From the IMG/VR virus record IMGVR_UViG_3300028549_001428: a stretch of 64,000 nt of DNA. One strand, written 5' to 3'. This stretch comes from a virus (lineage: Duplodnaviria > Heunggongvirae > Uroviricota > Caudoviricetes). The notes under the pieces are model-generated. The model was not told the origin of the DNA, did not search any database, and saw nothing but the letters and a program-made list of their open reading frames with translations. Within the stretch, counting starts at the first letter, position 1. Each line of letters opens with the position of its first letter. The position numbers and the translations under genes were made by a program. Below, one piece after another: positions 10,916 through 22,099 of the stretch.

Positions 10916-12844
10916 TTAGAATTCAGCAACAACGCCCAATCCATCAACAATAGAGAATTCATATACTTTATTAGCTAATATTATAGGTGTCACGCCATTC
11001 ACCCAACTTATACCACCTGGCCATGTTATAACAGAAGCAGTACCACCTGATATGAATTTAGCATGATATTCATTTTCAATATCAGAATATACTACAGAAC
11101 CTAATACAAATGTCATTGTAGTGACTGTACCAAATATTTCGAATACATTTGGACTTATTGTTACAGTTCCAGTAGTCTCAGCTCGATTAGACAACGGTAT
11201 ACCATCACTAACACGACTCAATAAAGTCCAATTACTACCACTACCATCATAAGAAAATACACCAGTGTCTTTAGGTGCTAAATTATATCCGGCAAATGTA
11301 GCGACACCCGTATTATTATTAATTATCATAACTTCATAATTCGTATTAGATGCTGTGCCACTTTCCACTGAAGTTGCCGTTACTGTACAGGTAGTACCAC
11401 CACTTAAAATTGCTCGTGTATTAACATCCAAATCTAATGTTGTAGAATCAGTTCGTGCAGTTGTAGGTACTATAACCGCTTGTAGTATTTTGGATTGTGT
11501 TGAATTAAATGTAGCATATGTGGTTCTACTAATTGTATCATCACTACAAATTTCAATAGTATTAGATCCACTGGAAGAAGCCCATATCATCAATTCAGCG
11601 GCATTTATATATGATATTCTACTAATACCTGTAGTTTTTGTATCTGATGTTGGTGATGGACGATCAAATGTAAATCTATTATAATACCATGAACCTGAAT
11701 TACCTGTAGTATATGTAAGAGGTGCACCACCCATTACAGTACCATCATTATATTGTACTTGACCAGACGACCCTGCTGGATTAGCAATAAGATCTGTTAT
11801 TATCATTTCGCCATTAGCATCAAACCCAATTCCCTTACCAGCAGAAGCATATACATCATCAGCACCTTGTAAAACACCATGTATATGCAATATACCTAAA
11901 CCACCAATTCCAATATGCACTCCATTAGGATTATCATCAAGAGCACTAATAACTAAATCTTTACCAATAGCAACAACACCAGATAAATCATCCAAATGAT
12001 TATTAATTCCATATGCCTCACATGCGGATGTGTTAACTAAATTATGCGCATGACCAAACATATGAGAATCACCACCACCGCCAGATTCATAATTATCGGT
12101 TCCAAATGCCATTGATTCAGGCGCATCACATCGATTATCATTACCTATAATGATTTTGTTTCCATATGTGAGAGGCATTGTGTTACTCTTGCCTATTATG
12201 ATATTTGCCGGACCTGTTATATCATTACTACGACCAATTATTTGACTTTCAGAGGCGGCATCTCGAATACGATTACTATCACCAAATATAATCGTTTCAT
12301 TAACATTATCATCAATAAGATTACTATCACCTATAATACAATTTTCACTTGATGATGAGGTTATTATATTTGCTGTTCCTATTACTGTGTTATTATTAGC
12401 ATCGGTAAATAAATTATTTGTGCCATCCACATTATTTTGTGCACAATTACCACTAAAATAACTACCAGTACCATTCTTCACCGTGTTACGTAAAACACCA
12501 ACACCACCAAGAAATACTGAGTCTGGTGTATTTGTATACATATTACCACGAGAATCTTCTGTTTCAATAGAATCACCGATAGATGTAGCACCTGTCCATA
12601 TAGTATGACGTGTAGCAGTTCCCGATCCACTAATAGTACCACTACCACTACTACCAGGAACACCCTGATAACCTTGCGATCCTTGATATCCCTTTAATTC
12701 CTCAATAGGTATTCGTCTGTTTGCTTTAACAGTAGATACGCCGATTGATAACGGTACTTGAGCAGCATCATTAACGGCATCTTCCAATGTAGAATACACC
12801 AACTGTGAAATTTTTAAACCACTATTCGCCATAATATAACCCAT
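10916..12844 (-). CDS. Tail fibre-like protein (short collagen motif, beta-helix repeats)
   Basis: GYQGSQGYQG, IIGxSNxI repeats, PAGSSGQVQYNDG fibre motif; C-terminal ITWPGGISWVNG..NKVYEFSI domain. Confidence 0.65.
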   Translation of the reverse strand: MGYIMANSGLKISQLVYSTLEDAVNDAAQVPLSIGVSTVKANRRIPIEELKGYQGSQGYQGVPGSSGSGTISGSGTATRHTIWTGATSIGDSIETEDSRGNMYTNTPDSVFLGGVGVLRNTVKNGTGSYFSGNCAQNNVDGTNNLFTDANNNTVIGTANIITSSSSENCIIGDSNLIDDNVNETIIFGDSNRIRDAASESQIIGRSNDITGPANIIIGKSNTMPLTYGNKIIIGNDNRCDAPESMAFGTDNYESGGGGDSHMFGHAHNLVNTSACEAYGINNHLDDLSGVVAIGKDLVISALDDNPNGVHIGIGGLGILHIHGVLQGADDVYASAGKGIGFDANGEMIITDLIANPAGSSGQVQYNDGTVMGGAPLTYTTGNSGSWYYNRFTFDRPSPTSDTKTTGISRISYINAAELMIWASSSGSNTIEICSDDTISRTTYATFNSTQSKILQAVIVPTTARTDSTTLDLDVNTRAILSGGTTCTVTATSVESGTASNTNYEVMIINNNTGVATFAGYNLAPKDTGVFSYDGSGSNWTLLSRVSDGIPLSNRAETTGTVTISPNVFEIFGTVTTMTFVLGSVVYSDIENEYHAKFISGGTASVITWPGGISWVNGVTPIILANKVYEFSIVDGLGVVAEF

Positions 12845-12858
12845 TGACTAATTATCAA

Positions 12859-12867
12859 TAGTTTATA
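12859..12867 (-). promoter_or_regulatory. Late promoter TATAAACTA
   Basis: Motif upstream of 12844. Confidence 0.7.
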
Positions 12868-12954
12868 TAAGGCGAGTTATATGATTATTTCCAATCCACT
12901 GGTATATTTGCATAACCACCAGTTAATGTACAGACATTAAATAGTTCAATATGA

Positions 12955-15900
12955 TTAGTTACTTGGACCAACTTCGATAATCGTATCAAGTGTTACACTA
13001 TTATATGTACATGAAATTATTGCGGTTCCATTCACATTCAATACGGTTACAACACCATTTTGATCAACAGTAGCAATTAATGGATCACTAGTTGTCCATG
13101 CACATGCGTATATACCACCATCGCTAAATTGAGGAATTATTGTATGTGTGGTGTTTTCCTCTGTGATTATATTAGTTGGATCTACTGATATTAAATATGG
13201 AATTGCTTGTATATTCCAAGATGTACCATCAAAACATCCATTTGTAAGTTCTTCGGTAAATGTTATAGGATCAAATCCAACAGATGCTGATAGTTTACCT
13301 ACCGATCTCATATTGGAGATTGTTACTGTTGATTTAGCCTTAACATATAGAAATTTAAATATACCATCAAATACCGTATTTATTGGCTTGAATGAACGAA
13401 TTTGATTTGTTATTCTTCTCTTATCAGGTCCTAATAATTGATTGTCAAAGTTTCCTTCAATTTCTACTTTTAATGAAAAATGGGGGGTCACTACAAAATT
13501 AGATTGTTTACCTTCTAAGTTATCAGTTAATTGAGTTCCTTTTATTTCATAGTCAGGAATTAATTCATTATATGGGTCTTCTGCACGTGTCCAATATGTA
13601 ACCAATTGACCAACAATACCAAAGGTTGCCAATAATAATTCTAATGATGATTCTGTTCCCTTCAATGTATAGTATTGAGGTAGATTCTGAATTGTTTCTC
13701 TTAATGCATTATTTCGTTCTTCATCCGTTGTGTACATTATACTTTCATTGATATCATCTTTAACATTGGATATATCATAACCCATGAATCTAGCTAGGTA
13801 TTCAATCAACTCAATGTCGATTACTTTAGGATCTTTTAAATAAGCTAGACGTTCAAACTTTTCAGCCAATGGATATTTTAAATCAGTAACACCAATAAAA
13901 TCAGAACTCATACCCGTTCTAGGTGCAATTGAGTTATAATCATATCTTGAATTATATTGTTGATGTATTTGCGATGATGTATCTAAGTTTTCAATTTTTT
14001 CAAATTGAAAGTTAAAATTAGTTGCATATCTACCATATACTTTGTACACCTGATTATCTATAGCAAAATTATTCGTTACATATGCATCCACTTCAGAATC
14101 AGTATATCTAACATATACATATGGAATTGGAGCATCATCCAATTCATCATAATCGTCATTTTCTCTAGCATCTATGGTAATATCTTTAATCTTCATAACT
14201 AATTTTTTATCTAAACGAGTCCATAAAGCGTTTGATTTTACTCTATATATGCCATTTTCACGAGTCAATAATTGGTCTTTCAATTCAATTATATCACCAT
14301 TTCTGAATGTATAATATGTACCATCAACAAACTTGAATTTATATTCACCATACAATGTATTTACATTGTTTTTATTTGAATTTGGTGTGATTGATATGCC
14401 TTTATATACATTACCAACTAATTCGGATACTGTGGTTGCACCAATTATCACAAATGTATTAGCGTTTAATACTTCATGTATAGTAAATGTACCATTATAG
14501 CTTTCAGTATTGGATATTGTAATAATATCACCGGCACTAAATGTGGCGTTGGTGGAAGTATTAACTGTTATTTTACTACCATTACCAGAAATTTCTGAAA
14601 TATAATGTCCGATATAACTACTATCGTATGATGATTTTTGTTGCCATTCAATATCAGTTATGGAATATTTATACCACTGTTCTGATTGACATAATAATTC
14701 CAATCCTGATTGTGGTGTTGCCGTAGTTGGAAGCGATCCACCCTTTAATTTATATCTAAATGATTTCGTGGTTGGTGTATCTAATACTTCGAATTTACCA
14801 TTATAAGCACCTTGGGAGGCACCACTTATAGTAACTACAGTCCCTGTTATATAACTATGCCCGTCGTATAATGTAACTGTTGCTATACTATTCGAATCGC
14901 ATACCATTGAATAAATATTATGCGGAGATAATTCCATACAAGTTGCTGGATTCAATGTTGTTGTATCGAATAAATTCTGTTGCATAAATAATGTCAGTGG
15001 AACCGATACTTTAGTAGTATCAATTTCGTTCCATTCGCCTACATTAGATATAACATATATACCATTTTGTGCTGTATTCTCTTGATTGTCTACCGAAATG
15101 AAATCACCAACTGACGGTGTGTATATTGTTATTATTTCACTTGTTGTGGTTGCAGGTGTTACAGCAAACCCATCTACTATGTATGTGAATGTATAATCAT
15201 CTTCAACCGTTATCTCAGCGTCAATATTATACTGTGATTGATCAGCACCTTCAATTTTAACAGTTATTCCACTAGAATATCCATGCTTATCAGTTGTATT
15301 AACGGTTGCTATTATACCTACTCTAATTATAGAAGAAATTCCGCATCGGATATCATTATTATACATAGCAATTGGTTGTATGCTATATGTACCAGATTGT
15401 GTAGTAAGGTCATCAACTTCATATGTAAATGCATATGGCGTGATAACAGTTATTTTATGTCTTCCGTTAAATACAGATTCATTTAAATTACTCACAGTTA
15501 CATATACACCAGTATCTAATTGATGTATTTGAGTAGTTGCTACCGTAACTAGTCCATTTTCCTTTGATATACGGTCAATAGTTAGATTTAATTCCCAATC
15601 GGCTCCCTTCAATAGCATACTATCTAAGGTTCTTGCTTTAACATAATTAGAAACAGCACCAGTAACCGCATCATAATCATGCGATCCTTGTATAATTTCC
15701 ATGAAGCCATTTCTTTGCAATATAGTTGATGGTGCTACACGAGGATCGAATACGAACTGTCTCTGTTCATATCCATATTTTAGTGATAAATCTTCTGTCT
15801 TTGTAATATACAAATCAGAGTAAAGTTCATCGAATCCTATTGTATAGTCTGGTTCTTCTGAATAATCCAATGATTTAGTTGAATACATTCCATTCATATA

Positions 15901-18114
15901 TGGGTTGTATGCTACTTTCTTTTCATAATTAACAATATCAACCATATCGATGATATAATATTTTGTGTTTCGTGGATCTATTGTACCACTTGTATGTGTC
16001 TTTAATACTTTATAACGCATTCCATTGTAGTACACATAATCATTCTTGTAATATATTTTAGAACTGTTCCAAGGAGTTGTTATTGAGGTTGATGTCATAA
16101 CACTAGGAAAATATGTAAATGGATTATGTTTAATAAACATACCAGATGAAATAACATCACCATATACACCAGTAAATTCAATTGTTCCTGTACTTCCTTG
16201 TGTATTATGTGAGTATATTTTTCCATGAGTTGTAGTATCAACATTCAATTTAACTATACCAAATACAACTGATGTAGATACTGTTAAATATCTAATCTCA
16301 TGTATTTTTATACCATTTGTGACTGCATTTACTGACTCAATTGTATAAATGGTATCAGTATTCAATAACGTTGGTGTGTTTCCATATAACGTATGTATCT
16401 TGATATAATCACCAGATTTTAGCCCAGTAACATCATTCAAAATAAATTCTTGCGTGGTTATATTGAATTCACTTTCATCACAAATTGTATTTATTTTATT
16501 AAATACTATAGGATCATTGGTTGGGTTATTAATACCAACTGTAGAAAATGACACACCTTCCAATTTTATAGAACTTCTATTATTTGATATAGGAGTATTA
16601 GATACAATTTTGTAATGTGTATTTTCGGTTAATGGTGTAGTTGTACCAGCAGGTATTGTAGCCATTACATATGAATCAACATCGAATCCATTAACTGAAT
16701 TAATTGTAAATGTCTGGGTTGATACATTCATATCGGTTTCTGCATATGTGTTTGCCGAAACTAAGTCATATTCATTATTTATTCTATATAGTAGATCACC
16801 GCTTGTTATCGTATCACTACCAACTTTATTGGTATAATTCAATTTCAACTTATATTTTGATGAATCTATTAATTTGCTATAATATAGATTTGATATAATA
16901 ATTTTACCAACGTACTCTTGACCGATTGTAGTTGATTTGTATGTAAATTGTTTAGAATTAATTGTTGAAATAACTTGAACATTGGCTTTATCAAATAACG
17001 CAGTTCCACTTATATACACATAATCACCAATATTTACATTATGATTAGTTGACGTAGTGACAGTGGCTACATTTCCACTTAAATTTACAATTTCTGTTAT
17101 AGTTAATATGGTCTGATTAGACTCATAGTATGGATCTATGAAAGAGGTCATATTCTTATCGGTTAAAATATTAGTATTAGTTAATTCTCTAGCATAGAAT
17201 ATCCCTTTACCATATCCATATATCCATTCAAAATTATCACATCCATTACCAAAACGAATTGAAATATCATCATCATATACAGATGGTAGTGTTTTTATCA
17301 TATCATAATAATCAACAACAATCTTTTCTTTTTTACCATCATTATCCATATCTCGCTCAACTGTAAATACAGATGACATACTACTAACATTAGTAATAGT
17401 AGCAGTAAAGTATACAGTATAATAATCTAACCCATCTATTGTATCAGCCTTTCGTGTGTGTATGTCTGATATATTTGATGGATTAAATGTTATTATTCTA
17501 GGAACTAATCCAATCACACTAGTAATTGGTTCATTTATTGTGTTAGTAAACGGATCTTGCGATGATGTATATGGATCGAGTACTAATGTATTCGATCCAC
17601 TATCATAGTAATACACACCATCATTAGATGAATATTCGGTTTTTGTAAATTTAACGAAAAATTTATCACCATTATACAAGGTATTTGTTCCACTACGAAT
17701 AGCAGATGAAATGATTTCAGAACTTAACACACCATCCTGTTCTGAAATAGAATCTAAATCACCATTATACTTTATATATTCAACTATGAATGGACGGCTT
17801 GGTATATATGGATTACCTTGAGGCTTTGACAAAAATAACATGGAACTATCACGCAATTCACATTGCTTGAATAAATTAACTAAATCAGCGGTTTTCTTCT
17901 GTACTTTTGCTAAATTTGATTCAATCGAAACAAATTTGAATTCAAATTTCTCAACAACTGTTATATTTCTATATGCGTTATTAAGATAGTCTGATAATAG
18001 CTGCAGTAAGACAACTACATCATCTTCAGCTTTTAGAAAATCGGGTATTTGAGATACATAATCTATGAATCGTTGAATGCCGCCTGTATTGTGTATACTA
18101 GGATTTGTTGCCAT
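12955..18114 (-). CDS. Large baseplate wedge protein (gp7 / P2 gpI-like) with repeated beta modules and a C-terminal Ig domain
   Basis: Directly downstream of the gp6-like gene; IEYLARFMGYD..LPQYYTLKGTESSLELLL motif; about five VTTxxxHxxxxGxxVxISG repeats; CBM-like WNSSKIYYKNDYVYYNG; WTTSDPLIATVDQNGVVT. Confidence 0.7.
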   Translation of the reverse strand: MATNPSIHNTGGIQRFIDYVSQIPDFLKAEDDVVVLLQLLSDYLNNAYRNITVVEKFEFKFVSIESNLAKVQKKTADLVNLFKQCELRDSSMLFLSKPQGNPYIPSRPFIVEYIKYNGDLDSISEQDGVLSSEIISSAIRSGTNTLYNGDKFFVKFTKTEYSSNDGVYYYDSGSNTLVLDPYTSSQDPFTNTINEPITSVIGLVPRIITFNPSNISDIHTRKADTIDGLDYYTVYFTATITNVSSMSSVFTVERDMDNDGKKEKIVVDYYDMIKTLPSVYDDDISIRFGNGCDNFEWIYGYGKGIFYARELTNTNILTDKNMTSFIDPYYESNQTILTITEIVNLSGNVATVTTSTNHNVNIGDYVYISGTALFDKANVQVISTINSKQFTYKSTTIGQEYVGKIIISNLYYSKLIDSSKYKLKLNYTNKVGSDTITSGDLLYRINNEYDLVSANTYAETDMNVSTQTFTINSVNGFDVDSYVMATIPAGTTTPLTENTHYKIVSNTPISNNRSSIKLEGVSFSTVGINNPTNDPIVFNKINTICDESEFNITTQEFILNDVTGLKSGDYIKIHTLYGNTPTLLNTDTIYTIESVNAVTNGIKIHEIRYLTVSTSVVFGIVKLNVDTTTHGKIYSHNTQGSTGTIEFTGVYGDVISSGMFIKHNPFTYFPSVMTSTSITTPWNSSKIYYKNDYVYYNGMRYKVLKTHTSGTIDPRNTKYYIIDMVDIVNYEKKVAYNPYMNGMYSTKSLDYSEEPDYTIGFDELYSDLYITKTEDLSLKYGYEQRQFVFDPRVAPSTILQRNGFMEIIQGSHDYDAVTGAVSNYVKARTLDSMLLKGADWELNLTIDRISKENGLVTVATTQIHQLDTGVYVTVSNLNESVFNGRHKITVITPYAFTYEVDDLTTQSGTYSIQPIAMYNNDIRCGISSIIRVGIIATVNTTDKHGYSSGITVKIEGADQSQYNIDAEITVEDDYTFTYIVDGFAVTPATTTSEIITIYTPSVGDFISVDNQENTAQNGIYVISNVGEWNEIDTTKVSVPLTLFMQQNLFDTTTLNPATCMELSPHNIYSMVCDSNSIATVTLYDGHSYITGTVVTISGASQGAYNGKFEVLDTPTTKSFRYKLKGGSLPTTATPQSGLELLCQSEQWYKYSITDIEWQQKSSYDSSYIGHYISEISGNGSKITVNTSTNATFSAGDIITISNTESYNGTFTIHEVLNANTFVIIGATTVSELVGNVYKGISITPNSNKNNVNTLYGEYKFKFVDGTYYTFRNGDIIELKDQLLTRENGIYRVKSNALWTRLDKKLVMKIKDITIDARENDDYDELDDAPIPYVYVRYTDSEVDAYVTNNFAIDNQVYKVYGRYATNFNFQFEKIENLDTSSQIHQQYNSRYDYNSIAPRTGMSSDFIGVTDLKYPLAEKFERLAYLKDPKVIDIELIEYLARFMGYDISNVKDDINESIMYTTDEERNNALRETIQNLPQYYTLKGTESSLELLLATFGIVGQLVTYWTRAEDPYNELIPDYEIKGTQLTDNLEGKQSNFVVTPHFSLKVEIEGNFDNQLLGPDKRRITNQIRSFKPINTVFDGIFKFLYVKAKSTVTISNMRSVGKLSASVGFDPITFTEELTNGCFDGTSWNIQAIPYLISVDPTNIITEENTTHTIIPQFSDGGIYACAWTTSDPLIATVDQNGVVTVLNVNGTAIISCTYNSVTLDTIIEVGPSN

Positions 18115-18117
18115 AAT

Positions 18118-20796
18118 TTATTTCCGTGATAATAGAGAATCGCTTTCTACTGATAATTCAATATCCTCTGAAGAAATATTGAACTGAACTATTTCGTTTT
18201 CGTTTGTGTATTGTGTAATATTACCATCACCATCAATTAATTTTGATGCAATTGTAGTGGCTAATATATTTCTCACCATTTTTATATACTCGATGGTATA
18301 CTTGAAGTAATTATATAACGTGCTTGAAGTACCTTCAGTTAAATTAACTATAGCATCTGTTTCTTTGAATGCCAACGCACCGCTATTTTCATACCATCCT
18401 TTAATAGCTTCTATTAAATTGAACACCGCATTTGCTTCCAATACATTTCCATTATTCTTATGTAGCTTATATAGTGAAAACAAAGGTTCGTATACCTTAT
18501 TTATCATAGTTGACCAAATAAATGCGGTGAATTTATTCAATTTTTCTTCAGTTAAATCATTTTTTGGTACATATGCACCCAAAGACGAATCATAATATGA
18601 CAAATATGATTTGTAATAATTCAATATAGCTCCACGAACAGACTCTTGTGTAGCTATTTCAAATGTCACACTCTTATTATATGCAGAGTTTGTTGTTCCT
18701 GATATGTCTTTATATTTGTAATCATAATACAACTTAATATCAAACGCATCGTAACTTATATCACGTTGATTAATAAATTGAGAGATATCATCCGACATCC
18801 AAGTTAAAGTAGTTAAATCTAATGAACTATATGAATTTCCTTTCGGTACTAATGTAATATTCACACCAGCAACTTCTGGGAATGAATGAATTAATGTCTC
18901 TAATTTAGACCTGAATATTGGTGTAGCAAACTCGGTATATTCTTTTAAATATGCGTATATTTTGTTTCTGATATTGGTCTTGATGTCATTAAATGTATAG
19001 CCTCTAAATAGGGTAATATCCATTTTGATAGTAAAATCATGTACAATAGGTGGTACATACATATGCTGACCACCACCCAATGTTATATAGCCCTTTCTAT
19101 TTAGGGATTGTAGCAACGATTCCAATTCAGAACCATCTTCTGCAAAATCCAATGGTGTTAAATTTGCGGAATATACAAATTTAGGTATCATAGGCAATGA
19201 ATATGTTATAGTTCCAAAATATTTCTTAAAAAATTCACTGCTATCATTAGTCAACGTGGTAACAGAACCATCTGAATTTGATATTGATATAGAGATATTG
19301 GCATTTGCTAAGTCATTATTCATGGTTGCTTGAATTTGATCTAAATTAGCACCAAAATTGGTAAATAGGTTACTTGGAGGCAACTCTTGGTAATCATACT
19401 GCCATAAATATACTAGACCATTTACTTTATAACCATCCAAATAATACTCAACCGATTCGGTTGGGTAATATGAATCGTCTTTTGCTCTATAAAGGTCTTT
19501 CAATACACTGAATCTAACTATATTTGAGTATTTTATGTTAGGATTTATGCGTTTACCATAATCAACATCATAAGTGGATGGCATTTTTTCATTTAAAATG
19601 TCTTCACCGAATGCATTTGCGTATTTTATGTCAGCATATCGTCTCAAATATGTCTTATAACTTGATTTATTATTCAATGAGTCGAGAGAATTAAATAATT
19701 GGGGTGCATTTTTCTTAATAGATTCAGCACTTTCGATATTTAGACCACCACGTACATCGGTAGTTAATGCAATGTTCAAGTCAGCTAGTGATAAATCACT
19801 TTCAGTACCATCTTCTTGTGTAATTAAAATACTACCTGGAGTTGCTGTGATAGCAGTTCCAGCTACATTCATCACATTACCACGTTCACCATTGGTATTA
19901 AAATATGTTACAGCAATCTTTCCATATGGAATTGCTGATTTTATACCATCACCAAACTGCAATCTAGCATTACCATCATTGGCAGTGTCTATTATCACAC
20001 TATAATTAGTGGTTTTGTTGTCATTGTTTATGAAATTATCAATATCATTTACTGTATTAGATGTAGACGGATCTTGGAATCCTCGTCTTGATATTCTCCA
20101 ATACACCAAATCATCGACGGCATACTCAGGATTGAAATTATCCATTAACGATGCATCGGATGTAACAGTTGTAAATCTAGTTGATCTCTGACTAAATTTA
20201 TCAGGTTCTGCCCAGTTTGGATCACCAAACCCAAAATAATCAGAAAAATTAGGGTCAGTTATAATAAATTCTTGATTTTGCTTTCCAGTAGAGAAAAAGT
20301 TTGTTGTTAAAAATGTACCTTCAGCAAGTACAGCACGACCAGAAACCAATTCCATTAAACCGTTAGTATAATCGCTATTAGTACGATCATATGAAAATTC
20401 CATATCATCTACAGCGGTTAATACCAAACTAGACAATGCAAATTTAGTACCCTTCGCTACATTTACTTTCACTGTTGGATATACACCAGTTCTTTTTAAT
20501 TGTATTCCTAAACCAGCTTTTGCTGGAACTGGTCTTCTAACACTATATCCTAATGATCTAGCACCTAAATAAATAGATTCTAATTTTGTTGCTGTTTCCA
20601 AATAAGCATTTTGGAATACCGATTCACCAAATGAAGCCATTAAATCGGTATTACCTGCAAATAGCTCCAACATGGTTCTACCAAATGAGGCTTCACCTGT
20701 ATCTGCCAATGCACCTTCTTTAGCACGAAGGATCTTCAATAAGTCATTTAATACTTGGTCAAACGTTATTTGGGTATATTTTCTATTTTGTGCCAT
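18118..20796 (-). CDS. Baseplate wedge subunit, T4 gp6-like
   Basis: YTQITFDQV..L, AYLETATKLESIYLGARSLGYSVRRPVPA, LQFGDGI, TNGERGN, GGLNIESAESIKKNAP. Confidence 0.9.
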   Translation of the reverse strand: MAQNRKYTQITFDQVLNDLLKILRAKEGALADTGEASFGRTMLELFAGNTDLMASFGESVFQNAYLETATKLESIYLGARSLGYSVRRPVPAKAGLGIQLKRTGVYPTVKVNVAKGTKFALSSLVLTAVDDMEFSYDRTNSDYTNGLMELVSGRAVLAEGTFLTTNFFSTGKQNQEFIITDPNFSDYFGFGDPNWAEPDKFSQRSTRFTTVTSDASLMDNFNPEYAVDDLVYWRISRRGFQDPSTSNTVNDIDNFINNDNKTTNYSVIIDTANDGNARLQFGDGIKSAIPYGKIAVTYFNTNGERGNVMNVAGTAITATPGSILITQEDGTESDLSLADLNIALTTDVRGGLNIESAESIKKNAPQLFNSLDSLNNKSSYKTYLRRYADIKYANAFGEDILNEKMPSTYDVDYGKRINPNIKYSNIVRFSVLKDLYRAKDDSYYPTESVEYYLDGYKVNGLVYLWQYDYQELPPSNLFTNFGANLDQIQATMNNDLANANISISISNSDGSVTTLTNDSSEFFKKYFGTITYSLPMIPKFVYSANLTPLDFAEDGSELESLLQSLNRKGYITLGGGQHMYVPPIVHDFTIKMDITLFRGYTFNDIKTNIRNKIYAYLKEYTEFATPIFRSKLETLIHSFPEVAGVNITLVPKGNSYSSLDLTTLTWMSDDISQFINQRDISYDAFDIKLYYDYKYKDISGTTNSAYNKSVTFEIATQESVRGAILNYYKSYLSYYDSSLGAYVPKNDLTEEKLNKFTAFIWSTMINKVYEPLFSLYKLHKNNGNVLEANAVFNLIEAIKGWYENSGALAFKETDAIVNLTEGTSSTLYNYFKYTIEYIKMVRNILATTIASKLIDGDGNITQYTNENEIVQFNISSEDIELSVESDSLLSRK

Positions 20797-20826
20797 ATAA
20801 ATTCTTTAAACTTCGATTATTGACTA

Positions 20827-20835
20827 TAGTTTATA
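20827..20835 (-). promoter_or_regulatory. Late promoter TATAAACTA
   Basis: Motif upstream of the gp6-like gene. Confidence 0.7.
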
Positions 20836-20880
20836 ATCGTGTAAATTATGTTTTTTTTCTTTTTTAGTGTTTTTCTGTAT

Positions 20881-21030
20881 TTCGAAAAATAACATTATAC
20901 GTGAACTACCCATGAGTTAAATGCTCATTAGCTTCTGACTTCATAGATAGTTGCGTATTGCTACGGCTAACACCATCTCCATCAGTGTACTCGCCAGTTC
21001 CTGACGAGAGAAGGCTTACACCTTCTGTTA
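20881..21030 (-). ncRNA. Predicted TnpB omega/reRNA (scaffold overlapping the tnpB 3' end; guide from flanking DNA after TTCAC)
   Basis: Position and terminal motif follow known TnpB architecture; boundaries approximate. Confidence 0.5.
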
Positions 21031-22099
21031 ATATATTTTTAGCAGCATTTACATCTCGATCATGTACAGATCCGCATGATTCACATACCCATTCACGATC
21101 CGACAATTTCATATCAGATTTTATCCAACCACAATCATTACATGTTTTAGAAGATGGAAAGAATCTATTGATTGTTATAATTTGCTTGTCATTCCATTCC
21201 GCTTTATAACGGATCATATTGGCAAACATCCCCCATACACAATCTGATATATGTTTAGCTAACTTATGGTTTTTCACCATACTTTTTACATTTAGATCTT
21301 CCAAGCAAATCAGATCGTATTCTCTGATTAACTTAGTTGAGATTTTATGTAAATTGTCTTTTCGTGAATTTGATATCTTCTCGTGGATACGAGCAACCTT
21401 CAATCTTTGTTTTTCGGATTGATGACTACCGTTAGTCTTACGAGATAGATGTTGTTGTGCTACTTTTAATTCTTTTTCATATTGTTTCGTGTAACGAGGA
21501 TTCTTGAACTTCGTTCCATCACTCGTTATACAAAAATCTTTTATACCTAAATCAATACCAACTGATTTACCTGTATGAGCCATTGGTTCATGTGTAGTTG
21601 CTACTAGTATAGATACAAAATATTGATTCCTAGAATCTCTTGAGAATGTGCATTGGCGAATCTCGCCTTTAAATTCTCGTTGTTTTATTAACTTTATACC
21701 ATCATTAAATTTAGGTACATAAATCTTGTTTGTTTCAACTGTTATATGTTGAGGAACACGAAATGAATTCTTGGATCTTTTAGATTTAAAGTTCGGAAAC
21801 TCAGCGTTTCCACGATAGAAATTCAGATAAGCAGCTTCCAAATTCTTCAGCGTCTGCTGTAATGTCTGGGAATTGATTTCTTTCAGCCAAATCGTACTTT
21901 CGTCTTTCTTCAATTTGGTTAGCTTATTAGCCTGTGCTACATAATTATCAGATTTCTTCGTTTCTCTATATTGATTCTTCCTCTCGTTGAGGAAATAATT
22001 ATACACATAACGAACTGAACCAAAGTGCTTATTCAACAAAATCTTCTGTTGCTCACTTGGTTCTATTCGATACTTATATGATTTCAATATCTCTTTCAT
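20901..22099 (-). mobile_element. Solo tnpB element (IS1341-like; no tnpA in window)
   Basis: Right-end-like tail GAAGCTAATGAGCATTTAACTCATGGGTAGTTCAC with a hairpin; lies between divergent late genes; left end not defined. Confidence 0.6.
20906..22099 (-). CDS. tnpB: IS200/IS605-family RNA-guided endonuclease TnpB
   Basis: N-terminal HTH (KSYKYRIEPS..HFGSVRYVYNYFL), RuvC GIDLG / LEDL / DRDVNAAKNI, Zn finger SSKTCNDCG..WVCESCG. Confidence 0.95.
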   Translation of the reverse strand: MKEILKSYKYRIEPSEQQKILLNKHFGSVRYVYNYFLNERKNQYRETKKSDNYVAQANKLTKLKKDESTIWLKEINSQTLQQTLKNLEAAYLNFYRGNAEFPNFKSKRSKNSFRVPQHITVETNKIYVPKFNDGIKLIKQREFKGEIRQCTFSRDSRNQYFVSILVATTHEPMAHTGKSVGIDLGIKDFCITSDGTKFKNPRYTKQYEKELKVAQQHLSRKTNGSHQSEKQRLKVARIHEKISNSRKDNLHKISTKLIREYDLICLEDLNVKSMVKNHKLAKHISDCVWGMFANMIRYKAEWNDKQIITINRFFPSSKTCNDCGWIKSDMKLSDREWVCESCGSVHDRDVNAAKNILTEGVSLLSSGTGEYTDGDGVSRSNTQLSMKSEANEHLTHG

